64,000 nt of DNA from an uncultured delta proteobacterium (GTDB taxonomy: Bacteria; Desulfobacterota; Binatia; UBA9968), in the NCBI GenBank assembly GCA_963737905.1, contig CAVTUQ010000007.1, positions 160,001 through 224,000 on the forward strand, read 5' to 3'. The notes beneath the pieces are model-generated. The model was not told the origin of the DNA, made no database searches, and saw only the letters and a program-made list of their open reading frames with translations. Below, piece by piece: positions 47,576 to 58,543 of this stretch (positions are counted from its first letter, which is position 1; every line of letters starts with the position of its first letter). Made by a program: the position numbers and the translations under genes.

Positions 47576-48325
47576 ATGAAGCTCGAGGGAAAAGTGGCAT
47601 TGGTCACGGGATTTGGTTCGGGTCTAGGCCGGGCGATTTCGGTGCTGTTCGCCAAGGAGCGCGCAGCCGTGGCGGGAACGTCAACCACCGAGGCCAAGGG
47701 GCGAGACACGGCGGCGATGATTGAAAACGACGGAGGAAAAACGTTCTTTCGCCCGGGGGATGTAAGCGACTCTGAGCAGATGAAGGCAGTGATCGACGAG
47801 ACGATCCAACGATTCGGCGGCTTGGATATTGTAGTCAACAGCGCGGGTGTGCGAACCAACGGGAGCATTACTGAGATTACCGAAGAACAATGGGATCGAA
47901 CCCTCGACGTAAACCTCAAGGGGGTCTTTGTTGTTTCGCGTCTTGCGATCCCGCAAATGATCAAACGCGGCGGCGGAGTGATTCTCAATATCGGGGCGCG
48001 TTCAGGGATGGCCGGCCAGGCCGGACGCGCGGCGTATTGCGCCTCGAAGGGTGGGTTGATCACTTTGACCGAGGCCATGGCCATGGATTATGCTGGGCAG
48101 AAAATTCGCGTCAACTGCATTTGTCCGGGACCAACGAGAACGCCGATGGTCGATACCTCGACGCCGGAACGGCTCGCGCATTACCAACGACGGGTGCCCA
48201 TTGGACGGATTGGCGAACCGGAAGACATCGCCCGGGCGGCTCTTTACTTGGCATCCGACGAGGGATCCATGGTGACCGCCGCCGTTTTGCCGGTGGACGG
48301 GGGTATGCGTTTGACCGGTAGGTAA
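47576..48325 (+). CDS. Short-chain dehydrogenase/reductase
   Basis: TGFGSGLG, VNSAG, YCASKGG, IRVNCICPG; GGAGG RBS. Confidence 0.92.
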   Translation: MKLEGKVALVTGFGSGLGRAISVLFAKERAAVAGTSTTEAKGRDTAAMIENDGGKTFFRPGDVSDSEQMKAVIDETIQRFGGLDIVVNSAGVRTNGSITEITEEQWDRTLDVNLKGVFVVSRLAIPQMIKRGGGVILNIGARSGMAGQAGRAAYCASKGGLITLTEAMAMDYAGQKIRVNCICPGPTRTPMVDTSTPERLAHYQRRVPIGRIGEPEDIARAALYLASDEGSMVTAAVLPVDGGMRLTGR

Positions 48326-48369
48326 ATTCGTCGATGACTGAACCGGAAGGCTTTTTTGAGGCGACGCAC

Positions 48370-49260
48370 TCAGCCGGAAGTGAGACGTTTCAGAGTCCTT
48401 GCCAGATCAACGGGCAGGGAGGCTACCCAACTGCCTCGCTTGCCACAGTATTCCAAGGCAACCATCGACGCGTGAAGGAACTGGCGGCGCAGCCCGTGCG
48501 CCTGGCGAAATTTCTTGTTGAATGAAAAGTCTCCGTGCTGATCGTCCAAAACGACAGGGTGGCCATAGCGCGCGAAATGAAGACGAATTTGATGCATCCG
48601 GCCCGTGGCGATGATCGCTCGAACCAAAGTAGTTTCCGAGAATCTCTTGACGACCCGAAAACGGGTTAGAGCGCGAACCGGTTTGCCCTCCCTACCTGGA
48701 AGCCGCAACTCTATCGTCCCTTCGTTCTCTTGAAGCCGCCCCGCCAACAAGCAGACATACTCTTTTTCCACCCTCCCCTCAGCAAATAAGTTCTCCAACT
48801 CTCTCGCCATCGGTTCGTTCTTGGCCGCGAGCAATACGCCGGAAGTGTCCTTATCGAGGCGGTGAATCAGCCGTGGTGCAATTCCCTGAGGGCGATATCT
48901 TGTTTCCAATATCCCTAAAATGGAATGCCGCTTGAGAATGTCTCTGCCCTCGTGAACCGCAATGCCCGCCGGTTTGTTGAGGACGATAATTTCATCGTCT
49001 TCAAAAATAATTTCCAAGTCAGACTGGGGTGTGGCATTTTGGCGGGTTGGCTGTGGGCTTTCCTCGAATGGAATGTAGAGTTGAATGCGATCTCCCGGGA
49101 CGATTGGATCGGCGGGTTTGGACCGTCTGCCGTTAACCCGCACGCCATTCTTACGGAAGAGTTTTCTTACATAACCGATGGGAAAGCGTTTCTTGAGAAA
49201 ATTCTCCAACTTCTTGGAACTTTCTCCAGCCGTAATGGAGATTTCTTGTATCACGCTCAT
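48370..49260 (-). CDS. RluA-family pseudouridine synthase
   Basis: S4-like N-terminus, NKPAG, HRLDKDTSG, TGRMHQIRLH, QFLHA. Confidence 0.92.
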   Translation of the reverse strand: MSVIQEISITAGESSKKLENFLKKRFPIGYVRKLFRKNGVRVNGRRSKPADPIVPGDRIQLYIPFEESPQPTRQNATPQSDLEIIFEDDEIIVLNKPAGIAVHEGRDILKRHSILGILETRYRPQGIAPRLIHRLDKDTSGVLLAAKNEPMARELENLFAEGRVEKEYVCLLAGRLQENEGTIELRLPGREGKPVRALTRFRVVKRFSETTLVRAIIATGRMHQIRLHFARYGHPVVLDDQHGDFSFNKKFRQAHGLRRQFLHASMVALEYCGKRGSWVASLPVDLARTLKRLTSG

Positions 49261-49309
49261 GAGATAACCAAGACGGCGCTCCGTCGTCAAGAGTACAATA
49301 TGGCAATAT

Positions 49310-49338
49310 TTGCAATTCTGTAGGAATTAAGATACGTT
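49310..49338 (+). promoter_or_regulatory. Putative sigma70 promoter of the pheA-aro-rpsA operon
   Basis: TTGCAA-N17-TACGTT upstream of pheA in the divergent intergenic region. Confidence 0.4.
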
Positions 49339-49385
49339 ACGCGGGTGGCGCCAAGGAATAAGCCTTGTTGTAGCGCCTGGGTGAG

Positions 49386-50468
49386 GTGTTATTGAGCCGT
49401 AAAGAGTCGGTCGATGCTCTCAGAAAAAAGATCGATCAGATTGATGAAAAAGTTGTTGCTCTTCTAAACGACCGTGCTTCGCTCGCACTACGGATCGGTC
49501 ATAGTAAAAGGCTCAACCACGAAGGAGTTTACGCGCCTAGCCGCGAGCAGGAAGTCCTTCATCGGGTCGGCAAGTTAAGTCGCGGGCCGCTGTCTCAACA
49601 GGCACTTCGTTCTGTCTTCAAAGAAGTTATCGGCGTTTGCCGTTCCCTCGAATCACCCTTGAGGGTTGCATTTTTCGGGGCTGAGGGCACGTACTCCCAT
49701 CTCGCCGCCAGGGAAAAATTCGGCTCTGCGGTCACTTTACTCTCGACCCCCAGCATCAGCGATGTCTTTCAGGAGGTCAGGCAGGGACGAGTTTCTTTTG
49801 GCGTCGTGCCAATAGAAAATTCGACCGAGGGTGTCGTGGCTCATACCCTCGATCTATTGGTGGAATCTGACTTGCAGATTTGCGCGGAAATTTTCCTGGA
49901 CATTCATCATAACCTGTTATCGCGCAGGGGTCGCGCCGAGGACATTCAGAAGATCGTTTCCCACCCTCAGGCGTTGGGCCAGTGTCGTCGTTGGCTCGCC
50001 AGCCATTTTCCCAAGGTGGAGGTGGAGGAGGTGGCAAGCACCGCCCACGCCGCGATGATGGCAGCAACGGATGCCGCACTCGCTGCCATATCGAGTAGCT
50101 TGGCCAGGGAAGTTTATGATCTTCAACCCGTTGCGGAAAATATCGAGGATCAGAGCAATAACATCACGCGCTTCCTGGTCATCGGACACGATGATTCGAA
50201 GCCCAGTAGAGATGACAAAACTTCACTGGTCTTCTCGGTGAAAGATGAGCCCGGAATTTTGCACCGGATGCTGGAACCTTTTGCCAAAGGCCGAATCAAC
50301 TTGACGAAGATCGAGTCGCGCCCTTTGAAGAATAAACCCTGGGAGTACATGTTTTTCATCGATTTCAAGGGACACAAAGAAGAAGGGGGGGTCAAAAGAG
50401 CCATCAAGAAGTTGAAGAACAATTGTCTCTTCTTAAAGATCTTGGGCTCTTATCCGAGCGGCATATGA
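49386..50468 (+). CDS. pheA: Chorismate mutase/prephenate dehydratase (P-protein)
   Basis: CM domain LRKKIDQID, PIENSTEG, SHPQAL.QC, NITRF, ACT domain KIESRP. Confidence 0.95.
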   Translation: MLLSRKESVDALRKKIDQIDEKVVALLNDRASLALRIGHSKRLNHEGVYAPSREQEVLHRVGKLSRGPLSQQALRSVFKEVIGVCRSLESPLRVAFFGAEGTYSHLAAREKFGSAVTLLSTPSISDVFQEVRQGRVSFGVVPIENSTEGVVAHTLDLLVESDLQICAEIFLDIHHNLLSRRGRAEDIQKIVSHPQALGQCRRWLASHFPKVEVEEVASTAHAAMMAATDAALAAISSSLAREVYDLQPVAENIEDQSNNITRFLVIGHDDSKPSRDDKTSLVFSVKDEPGILHRMLEPFAKGRINLTKIESRPLKNKPWEYMFFIDFKGHKEEGGVKRAIKKLKNNCLFLKILGSYPSGI

Positions 50469-51562
50469 GCCCGATGGATCGAGTCCCAGAATATATCCGC
50501 ACGTTGGTGCCCTACCTCCCCGGTAAACCCATTGAAGAGGTCGAGCGGGAATACGGCATTTCCAATTCCGTCAAGCTCGCTTCCAACGAAAACCCGTTGG
50601 GTCCTTCGCCCAAGGCGATGCGCGCCATTCGGGACAAACTGGACCAGTTGCATCTCTATCCGGACGGCGATTGTTTTTATTTGAAATCCGCTTTGGCGGA
50701 CAAGTTAGGGATCGAAGGCGAACGACTGATCTTTGGCAACGGCTCCAATGAACTCATTGAGTTGGCGGTTAGAACCTTTATGCGTCCCGGCGATGAAGCG
50801 GTGATGGCCCAACAGGCCTTCGTAGTTTATCAATTGGTGGTTCAAGCCGCGGGTGGCCTAGGCAAAGTCGTACCGCTGCGGGACTTCACGCATGATCTTT
50901 CAGCCATCGCCGAGGCCATCGGCCCGAAAACGCGGATCGTTTTTTTGGCCAATCCGAACAATCCCACCGGGACGATCTATCGCCGCGACGAATGGGAACG
51001 CTTTCTCCAACGGGTATCTCCCCACGTCTTGATTGTCGTTGATGAAGCCTATTTCGAGTATGTCGGCGACGCAAACTATCCCGATTCATTAAAATATCAT
51101 GATCATGGAAGGACACTGCTGACACTCAGGACCTTTTCCAAGCTTTATGGTCTAGCCGGCTTGAGGATCGGTTATGGCGTAGCGTCCAAGGAGATCGTGG
51201 ATCTTCTGCACAGAGTTCGCCAGCCATTCAACGTCAACGCTGTGGCGCAGTGGGCCGCCTTGGCGGCGTTAGAGGATCACGAACATGTCCGGCGGAGCCT
51301 CGATGTCAACCGAAAAGGTATGCAGTACCTCAGCAAGGAGATCGCCCAACTCGGCCTGGAGCAGGTTCCAAGCAGCGCGAATTTTATTCTGACTCGGGTG
51401 GGAAATGGAAATCATGCGTTTCAACAACTGCTCGCGCACGGAGTGATCGTGCGGCCGATGGCGGTCTATGACCTTCCGGAATACGTCAGGGTCACGGTCG
51501 GTACCAAGGAGGAGAACCGGAGATTCATCGACGCCTTAAAGAAAGTCATTAAGGCTTTTTAG
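50465..51562 (+). CDS. hisC: Histidinol-phosphate/aromatic aminotransferase
   Basis: KLASNENPLG, GNGSNE, NPNNPTG, DEAY, RTFSKLYGLAGLRIGY. Confidence 0.93.
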   Translation: MSPMDRVPEYIRTLVPYLPGKPIEEVEREYGISNSVKLASNENPLGPSPKAMRAIRDKLDQLHLYPDGDCFYLKSALADKLGIEGERLIFGNGSNELIELAVRTFMRPGDEAVMAQQAFVVYQLVVQAAGGLGKVVPLRDFTHDLSAIAEAIGPKTRIVFLANPNNPTGTIYRRDEWERFLQRVSPHVLIVVDEAYFEYVGDANYPDSLKYHDHGRTLLTLRTFSKLYGLAGLRIGYGVASKEIVDLLHRVRQPFNVNAVAQWAALAALEDHEHVRRSLDVNRKGMQYLSKEIAQLGLEQVPSSANFILTRVGNGNHAFQQLLAHGVIVRPMAVYDLPEYVRVTVGTKEENRRFIDALKKVIKAF

Positions 51563-51586
51563 TTTTGGGGGGAGAGATTTGTCGCG

Positions 51587-52600
51587 ATGATTGTTGTTTT
51601 AAAGCCTGAAATTCAACCCGACGAGATTCAGAGAGTTGTTGAGCGAATCGAAAGCTTCGGCCTTCGTGCGCATCTATCGCAGGGAGAGGAAAGAACGATC
51701 ATTGGGGCCATTGGCGATGAACGGCTTCTGGCAGATCAAACACTGGAGTCCTTTCCCGGCGTCGAAAAGGTGCTCCCCATCCTTAAACCCTATAAGCTCG
51801 TGAGCAGAGAGTTTCAACCCAGCAACACCATCATTCAGATTAACGGACGCAGAATCGGCGACAAGAGAATACACGTTATGGCCGGTCCCTGCTCCGTCGA
51901 ATCGCAAGAGCAAGTTCTGGGGGCTGCCATTCCAGTCAAAGAAGCCGGGGCGACGTTTCTGCGCGGCGGCGCTTACAAGCCGAGAACCTCGCCCTATAGC
52001 TTCCAGGGTTTGGGCCCGCAAGGTTTGGATCATTTGGCTCATGCTCGCGAAGTGACCGGATTGCCGATCATCACCGAAGTTCTCGATCCCCGGGATTTGG
52101 AGATTGTATGCAAGTATACCGACATTCTTCAGATCGGCGCGCGCAACATGCAGAACTTCAAGCTGCTCACGGACATCGGCAAACTCGACAAACCGGTCAT
52201 GCTCAAGCGGGGCTTGAGCGCTACCATCCAAGAATTCTTGCTTTCCGCCGAATACATCGCGGCGGAAGGCAATCGAAGAATCATCCTCTGTGAACGCGGC
52301 ATCAGAACGTATGAAACCGAGACGCGCAACACGCTCGACTTAAGCGCGGTACCCGTACTCAAGCAGTTGACGCACTTGCCGGTGTTCGTCGATCCGAGTC
52401 ACGGCACCGGAAGGTGGGATCTAGTGGCACCGATGGCCCTAGCGGCTATTGCAGCGGGAGCGGACGGGCTTTTGATAGAGGTCCATCCAAAGCCCGAAGT
52501 GGCCCTGAGCGACGGCCCGCAGTCGCTCAAGCCGCTCAAATTCGCCGCCCTTATGGAACAGCTAAAGAAGGTGGCGGTGGCTTTGGGTAGGGAGGTTTAG
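51587..52600 (+). CDS. aroF: DAHP synthase (type I-beta)
   Basis: [45 protein letters not shown]. Confidence 0.95.
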   Translation: MIVVLKPEIQPDEIQRVVERIESFGLRAHLSQGEERTIIGAIGDERLLADQTLESFPGVEKVLPILKPYKLVSREFQPSNTIIQINGRRIGDKRIHVMAGPCSVESQEQVLGAAIPVKEAGATFLRGGAYKPRTSPYSFQGLGPQGLDHLAHAREVTGLPIITEVLDPRDLEIVCKYTDILQIGARNMQNFKLLTDIGKLDKPVMLKRGLSATIQEFLLSAEYIAAEGNRRIILCERGIRTYETETRNTLDLSAVPVLKQLTHLPVFVDPSHGTGRWDLVAPMALAAIAAGADGLLIEVHPKPEVALSDGPQSLKPLKFAALMEQLKKVAVALGREV

Positions 52601-53463
52601 TGGCGTTGATTTTTCGGCGGATGGTGGTTGTGGGAGTGGGACTGATCGGTGGATCGTTGGCGCTCGATGTGCGGAGGCGCGGCTTGGTAGAAGAGATCAT
52701 GGGTGTCGGCCGAAGCGAAAAGAATCTCCAATTTGCCCAGCGGCAGGGTATGATCGATGGTTATGTTACGAAGGAGACGGACGTTCCCGAAGATACGGAT
52801 CTGTTGATGATGGCCACGCCGGTTCAAACCACGGTCGCTCTTACCAAAGGATTTTTGCCCGCGTTGCGGCAGGGTTGCATCGTCAGCGATGTGGGCAGCG
52901 TGAAGGCGGAAATTGTTCACGGAATGGAAAAACTACTGCCGTCGGATATTCCGTTCGTAGCGGGTCATCCGATCGCGGGAGGTGAACAATGGGGCGCCCG
53001 GGCCGCAAAAGCGGATCTTTTTGCAGGTCATCGTTGCATTCTAACGCCGACGAAGAGAACCGATGCAGCGGCCTTGAGAAAAATCGCCCTGCTGTGGCGC
53101 AAAGTGGGGGCAAAAGTAGAAATGATGGATCCGGAAACCCACGACCGAGTGCTGGGCATCATCAGCCACTTGCCCCATGTGTTAGTCTATGCTCTTGTGA
53201 ACACTTTGGCAGAGACTCGGGTTCGCGGTATCGATCTGAAAACCTACTGCGCCGGCGGCTTTAAGGATTTTACCAGGATCGCCTCGAGCCGGCCCGAATT
53301 GTGGCGCGATATATGCCTGTTGAATCGCCGCGCCCTCGGCGAGTCGCTCGGGGATTACATCAAAAGCCTTGAGCAACTTAAACGTTGGATTGAGGACGGC
53401 GAGGGCGCTTTGCTGGAAAAGGAGTTTGCGCGGGCCAATCGAATCCGCACCCAGATTGTCTAG
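52600..53463 (+). CDS. tyrA: Prephenate/arogenate dehydrogenase
   Basis: GVGLIGGS, DVGSVK, HPIAG.E, HD....SHLPH, GFKDFTRIA. Confidence 0.93.
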   Translation: MALIFRRMVVVGVGLIGGSLALDVRRRGLVEEIMGVGRSEKNLQFAQRQGMIDGYVTKETDVPEDTDLLMMATPVQTTVALTKGFLPALRQGCIVSDVGSVKAEIVHGMEKLLPSDIPFVAGHPIAGGEQWGARAAKADLFAGHRCILTPTKRTDAAALRKIALLWRKVGAKVEMMDPETHDRVLGIISHLPHVLVYALVNTLAETRVRGIDLKTYCAGGFKDFTRIASSRPELWRDICLLNRRALGESLGDYIKSLEQLKRWIEDGEGALLEKEFARANRIRTQIV

Positions 53464-53474
53464 CGCGCTACGAC

Positions 53475-54782
53475 ATGAAACGAATCGAGCCAGCCCGAGG
53501 CCCGCTGCATGGAGATATCACCGTGCCGGGAGACAAATCCATCGGACATCGCGCGGTGATTTTTGCCAGCATCGCTTCCGGCCGAAGCCGCATTTTCAAT
53601 CTCTCGGGGGGCGAGGACAATCTGCGAACCGTCCAAGCGTTCAAGGATATGGGGATTAAGATCTGGTCCGAAGGCAATTCTCTTTACCTGGAAGGAAGGG
53701 GCTGCAACGGTTTGTCGGCGCCCGGTAAAACGATTGACTGTGGTAACTCAGGAACCGCCATGCGCCTTCTCTCCGGAGTATTGGCCGGACGTCCTTTTAC
53801 CAGCCGCCTCGACGGCGACGCTTCGCTTCGACAGCGACCGATGCAGCGAGTGATCGACCCGCTGGGACGCATGGGAGCCCAGATCAGAAGCCGGGAAGGC
53901 AAAGGCCTCGCCCCTCTGGAAATCCAAGGCGCCAAGTTGAAAGCCATCGACTATAGAATGCCCGTCGCCAGTGCCCAGGTAAAATCGGCGATCCTGTTGG
54001 CGGGGCTGCAGGCCGAGGGGGTCACAAGTCTGGAAGAGCCGCAAAGTTCGCGTGATCACACCGAGCTGATGATCAAGGGCTTTGGAGGTGAAGCCAAAGT
54101 TGAGGGTCGCTCGGTCACGGTTATGGGCGGACAAGAACTTTCCGGAAGAGAAGTGCGCATCCCGGGTGATATTTCGTCTGCTGCTTTTTTCCTTGTGGCG
54201 GCAGCGGTGATTCCCGGTTCGGAAATCATCGTCCGGGATGCCGGCGTGAATCCCACCCGTGATGGCGTGATTGAAGTCCTGCGCCGTATGGGAGCCAAAG
54301 TCCAATTTCTCAACCCGCGAATCGAAACGGGCGAGCCCGTCGCTGACATTAAAGTATATGGCGGTCAATTGACGGGCGTTGAGATCGGCCCGGAGATGGC
54401 GGCGCGAACCATTGACGAGTATCCCATTTTAGCGGTAGCGGGAGCACTGGCGGCGGGAGTGACCACGATCTCGGGCGTCAAGGAACTCCGCTACAAGGAG
54501 TCGGATCGTATCGCCACCATGACAGAGGGCCTTCGTCATCTGGGCGTCGAGGTCGAAGAACGAGAAGACGGCATGACCATTCGAGGCGGGAAGCCCCTTG
54601 AGGCAGCAACGGTAAAGACCTATGGTGATCATAGGGTCGCTATGTCATTGGCGATCGCCGGTTTGTCCACCAACGGCGGCCTGCAAATGGACGATGCAGG
54701 CTGCGTCGATACTTCGTTTCCCGGGTTTTTTGAGTTATTGAAACGGATGTGTTCGCATTCGGTAAGCTTAGAGAGTATATAG
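53475..54782 (+). CDS. aroA: EPSP synthase
   Basis: PGDKSI.HR, GNSGTAMRL, SAQVKSA, RDHTE, ELRYKESDRI, DHRVAM. Confidence 0.96.
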   Translation: MKRIEPARGPLHGDITVPGDKSIGHRAVIFASIASGRSRIFNLSGGEDNLRTVQAFKDMGIKIWSEGNSLYLEGRGCNGLSAPGKTIDCGNSGTAMRLLSGVLAGRPFTSRLDGDASLRQRPMQRVIDPLGRMGAQIRSREGKGLAPLEIQGAKLKAIDYRMPVASAQVKSAILLAGLQAEGVTSLEEPQSSRDHTELMIKGFGGEAKVEGRSVTVMGGQELSGREVRIPGDISSAAFFLVAAAVIPGSEIIVRDAGVNPTRDGVIEVLRRMGAKVQFLNPRIETGEPVADIKVYGGQLTGVEIGPEMAARTIDEYPILAVAGALAAGVTTISGVKELRYKESDRIATMTEGLRHLGVEVEEREDGMTIRGGKPLEAATVKTYGDHRVAMSLAIAGLSTNGGLQMDDAGCVDTSFPGFFELLKRMCSHSVSLESI

Positions 54783-54794
54783 GCGCGAAAGACG

Positions 54795-55472
54795 GTGAGC
54801 GCATTGATTATTGCCATCGACGGGCCATCCGCAGCGGGTAAAAGTACACTGGCGAAGCGGCTCGCCAAGGATTTGGGCTTTACCTACTTGGATACGGGAG
54901 CCATGTATCGAGCTCTCGCGCTCAAAGTCTTAAGGGAAAGCATCGATATCGGCAACGACGCGGCGCTTACGAAACTCATGGACGGCACGGAAATCGACCT
55001 CGTAGAAAAGGGAGGCAAACTTCAGGTGCTGTTGGATGGCGAGGACGTTTCGGAGGCGATTCGGACTCCAGAAGTCAGTCAAATGGCGTCGAAAGCTTCA
55101 GCGCTGAAGGTGGTGCGTCATGGGCTGTTGGTTTTACAGCGGGCCTTCGGGCGAAGAGGGAATGTGGTGGCAGAGGGTAGGGATATCGGCACCGTCGTGT
55201 TCCCCGACGCGGAAGTGAAGATTTACCTGGATGCTTCGGCGGAGGAGAGAGCGCGCCGGCGCGTCGAAGAGTTGCGGAAGACGGGCCGGCAAGTGAGTCT
55301 CGATGAAACGCTCCGGGAGATGGGGGAAAGAGATAAAAGGGACAGCGAGCGCGATCTGGCCCCGCTGCGAAAAGCGAACGATGCTATCGCCCTCGACTCC
55401 ACCGCGCTGGACGCTGAAACCCTGGCGCAGACAGTGATGCAACAGATTCGTAAGAAGCCTTTAGAAAATTAA
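54795..55472 (+). CDS. cmk: Cytidylate kinase
   Basis: AIDGPSAAGKST, DTGAMYR, EGRDIGTVV, RD..DS.R..APL. Confidence 0.96.
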   Translation: MSALIIAIDGPSAAGKSTLAKRLAKDLGFTYLDTGAMYRALALKVLRESIDIGNDAALTKLMDGTEIDLVEKGGKLQVLLDGEDVSEAIRTPEVSQMASKASALKVVRHGLLVLQRAFGRRGNVVAEGRDIGTVVFPDAEVKIYLDASAEERARRRVEELRKTGRQVSLDETLREMGERDKRDSERDLAPLRKANDAIALDSTALDAETLAQTVMQQIRKKPLEN

Positions 55473-55492
55473 AGTAGATTGGAGTTACCTCC

Positions 55493-57244
55493 ATGGCTCA
55501 GAAGGAAGAAGAAATAAAAGGCCCGCCCCCTGGCGGCGCTAATGAATTTGCAGCGCTGTTTGAGGAGAGCCTGCGCTCGGTCAAACCTGGGGGTGTCGTC
55601 AAAGGCAGAGTTGTCGGCATCACATCCACTCACGTTCTGATTGACGTCGGGTACAAGTCGGAGGGACAAATCCCGCTCGGGGAGTTTTTGGACAGAGAGG
55701 GCAATCTCCAGGTTAAGGTGGGTGACCAAGTTGATGTTTTCTTCGATTCTTCCGAGGGAGAAAATGGCGGTATTGTCCTGTCTCGCCAGCGGGCCGAAAA
55801 TATCAAGATTTGGGAAGAGATCGAAAACGCCTATAACGAGGGCAGGGGAGTCGAGGGTTTTATTATCGGCAAGGTTAAAGGCGGGTTCAAGGTCGACGTG
55901 GGAGTGCCGGGATTCTTGCCGGGATCTCACGTGGATATCCGTCCAACACGTAATTTGGACAAGTTCATCGGTACCAGAGATCGTTTTGCGATTCTAAAAT
56001 TCAATCGTGCGCGCGGCAATGTCGTGGTGTCGCGCCGAGCGTTGCTGGAAAAAGAACGCGACACGCTTAAGCAGGAAGTGCTGAAGGTCATTGAGGAAGG
56101 TGTCATTCTGGAAGGGACGGTCAAGAATATCACCGGCTATGGGGCGTTCGTAGATCTAGGCGGCATCGATGGTATCCTCCACATCAGCGACATGTCTTGG
56201 GGCCGGATCAATCACCCTTCCGAAATCGTGCAGGTGGGAGAGAAAGTAAAAGTTGTGGTCTTGAAGTTCGATGCCGAGAAGGAGCGAATTTCCCTGGGCA
56301 TGAAACAATTGACGCCTGACCCGTGGCACACGGTCGCCGATCGATATTCCGTAGGCGCTCGGGTCCAAGGCAAAGTCATAAGTCTGATGGACTATGGAGC
56401 CTTTGTTGAGCTGGAGAGCGGTATCGAAGGGCTCATCCATATTTCAGAGATGTCATGGACCAGAAAAATTTCCCATCCTTCCAAGGTGCTTCAGGTTGGG
56501 CAGACTGTTGAGGTTGTCGTTCTCAACGTAGACCCGAACCACCGTCGTATTTCCTTGGGACTCAAACAAGTCATGGCCAATCCCTGGGAGCTTGCCAAGG
56601 AAAAATATACGGTCGGAACCGTCATCACAGGACCGGTCCGAAACGTCACCGATTTCGGTATTTTCGTGGGCATAGAAGAAGGCATCGATGGTCTGGTTCA
56701 CATTTCGGATCTTCATTGGACCAAGAAAATCAAGCACCCATCGGAGCTCTATAAAAAAGGCGATATGGTGGAAGCCAAGGTGCTGGGGGTCAACGTCGAA
56801 AACGAGCGTTTCTCCCTCGGTGTCAAACAACTGACCACCGATCCGTGGAAGATTATTGCTGAACGGTTTCCGGTAGGCTCCAAAGTCAAAGGACAAGTGA
56901 CCAGCGTGCCAGATTTCGGTGTCTTTGTGCGCTTGGACGAGGGAGTTGAAGGGCTCATCCATGTCTCTCAATTGAGCACCGAACGGGTGGATAAACCTTC
57001 TAGCCTGTTCAAAGTCGGAGACGAGTTAGAAGCGGAGGTCATCAATCTGGATGTCAACGAAAGAAAGATTGCCCTCAGCGTCCGCGCGTTGCGCAAGACG
57101 GAAGAACGGCAGGAAATGGAGAACTATCTGAGCCGGGAAAAAGAGGGAGGGCGATTCTCCTTTGAATCTATCCTTAATGAGGAGCTTCGGCTAGACCGAG
57201 ACGAAGAGGGTGGGCAACAGGGTCGTAAAAAACAAGGAGGGTAA
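55493..57244 (+). CDS. rpsA: 30S ribosomal protein S1
   Basis: Six S1 repeats (YGAFV..GLIHIS pattern). Confidence 0.97.
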   Translation: MAQKEEEIKGPPPGGANEFAALFEESLRSVKPGGVVKGRVVGITSTHVLIDVGYKSEGQIPLGEFLDREGNLQVKVGDQVDVFFDSSEGENGGIVLSRQRAENIKIWEEIENAYNEGRGVEGFIIGKVKGGFKVDVGVPGFLPGSHVDIRPTRNLDKFIGTRDRFAILKFNRARGNVVVSRRALLEKERDTLKQEVLKVIEEGVILEGTVKNITGYGAFVDLGGIDGILHISDMSWGRINHPSEIVQVGEKVKVVVLKFDAEKERISLGMKQLTPDPWHTVADRYSVGARVQGKVISLMDYGAFVELESGIEGLIHISEMSWTRKISHPSKVLQVGQTVEVVVLNVDPNHRRISLGLKQVMANPWELAKEKYTVGTVITGPVRNVTDFGIFVGIEEGIDGLVHISDLHWTKKIKHPSELYKKGDMVEAKVLGVNVENERFSLGVKQLTTDPWKIIAERFPVGSKVKGQVTSVPDFGVFVRLDEGVEGLIHVSQLSTERVDKPSSLFKVGDELEAEVINLDVNERKIALSVRALRKTEERQEMENYLSREKEGGRFSFESILNEELRLDRDEEGGQQGRKKQGG

Positions 57245-57273
57245 CCCGTAGCCGGTTCGCTGCAGGAAAGTCC

Positions 57274-58173
57274 ATGGCAAAAATGCATTCGCTATTTAAA
57301 GGTTTAGGGATCCTTTCGGCATTGATCTTGGTGTTTTTTGTGCTGGTATTCTTCTATGCGTATCTCACGGGGGGTGATGCTAAAGTCCTTTCCTTTCTTT
57401 CGGGGGACGGTGTGGGTGTGCTACAGATCGAAGGCGCGATCGATGATTCCCGCGACGTGGTGGGTGAGCTCAAGCGATTCAATGAGGCGCCTTGGATCAA
57501 GGCCATTGTCGTGCGCATCGACTCTCCGGGAGGAGCGGTGGCTCCAACTCAGGAAATCTTTGACCAACTGCAGAAGACCAAGAAAAAGAAACCGCTGATC
57601 GCTTCCATGGGGAGCATGGCGACGTCGGGAGGCTACTATATCGCCAGCGCGTGCGACAAGATTATCGCGAATCCAGGCACCTTGACCGGTTCCATCGGCG
57701 TTATTATGCAGCTCACTAATGTCGAGGACTTGATGAAAAAAGTTGGCGTCAAAGGTTACAATATCAAGAGCGGAGCGAACAAGGATATCGGATCTCCGTT
57801 TCAGCCGCTTTCGCCGGAGGGCAGAGAGATCCTTCAAAGCCTGGTCGATAACGTACACAGTCAGTTTATCAGCGCCGTGGCCAAAGGAAGAGGCATGAAC
57901 GAATCGCAAGTTAGAAAACTGGCTGACGGCCGCGTTTATTCCGGCGCGCAGGCCAAAGAGCTCGGGTTAGTGGACCAGTTCGGGACGCTGGACGATGCCA
58001 TCGAATTCGCCGCTAAACGGGTAGGTTTGGAAGAGAATCCGACGGTTTACTATTCCAGTCCCGAGGAGGAGCGTTGGTGGGAGAAGATGTTTTTCGCAGC
58101 GATGGGGAATCGGTTCCCCATCTCGCAACGAGGTTGGCTCCGCTACGAATGGTCGCCCTCTCTGCTCCAGTAG
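57274..58173 (+). CDS. sppA: Signal peptide peptidase SppA (S49)
   Basis: N-terminal TM segment, RIDSPGG, ATSGGYY, TGSIGV, ADGRVYSG. Confidence 0.93.
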   Translation: MAKMHSLFKGLGILSALILVFFVLVFFYAYLTGGDAKVLSFLSGDGVGVLQIEGAIDDSRDVVGELKRFNEAPWIKAIVVRIDSPGGAVAPTQEIFDQLQKTKKKKPLIASMGSMATSGGYYIASACDKIIANPGTLTGSIGVIMQLTNVEDLMKKVGVKGYNIKSGANKDIGSPFQPLSPEGREILQSLVDNVHSQFISAVAKGRGMNESQVRKLADGRVYSGAQAKELGLVDQFGTLDDAIEFAAKRVGLEENPTVYYSSPEEERWWEKMFFAAMGNRFPISQRGWLRYEWSPSLLQ

Positions 58174-58234
58174 CGGGGAAGGGAAATTGCGAGACATCGG
58201 TTCAGATTCTTTCTTGTGTTGTGAGGGAGATGTT

Positions 58235-58543
58235 ATGACGAAACGGGACTTGATTGACGAGGTGAATAAAAGGTTTCCGCATCTTTCACGAAGAGATTCG
58301 GAAGTGATCATTAATGCGATCTTCGATTCCATGGTGGACGCTCTTGCGCAGGGTGACCGGATCGAGATACGCGGCTTTGGAAGTTTCGTCGTAAAACATC
58401 GGCGAGCACGTCAGGGACGGAACCCGAAGAGTGGGGTTCTGGTATCCGTCGCCGCCAAACGAGTCCCGTTTTTTAAAGTCGGTAAAGAACTAAGACTGAG
58501 GGTGGATGGCAAAGATCCGGGGACCGCAGAGGCATCGGAATGA
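58235..58543 (+). CDS. ihfB: Integration host factor beta subunit
   Basis: MTKRDLI, RIEIRGFGSF, GRNPKSG, PFFKVGKELR. Confidence 0.9.
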   Translation: MTKRDLIDEVNKRFPHLSRRDSEVIINAIFDSMVDALAQGDRIEIRGFGSFVVKHRRARQGRNPKSGVLVSVAAKRVPFFKVGKELRLRVDGKDPGTAEASE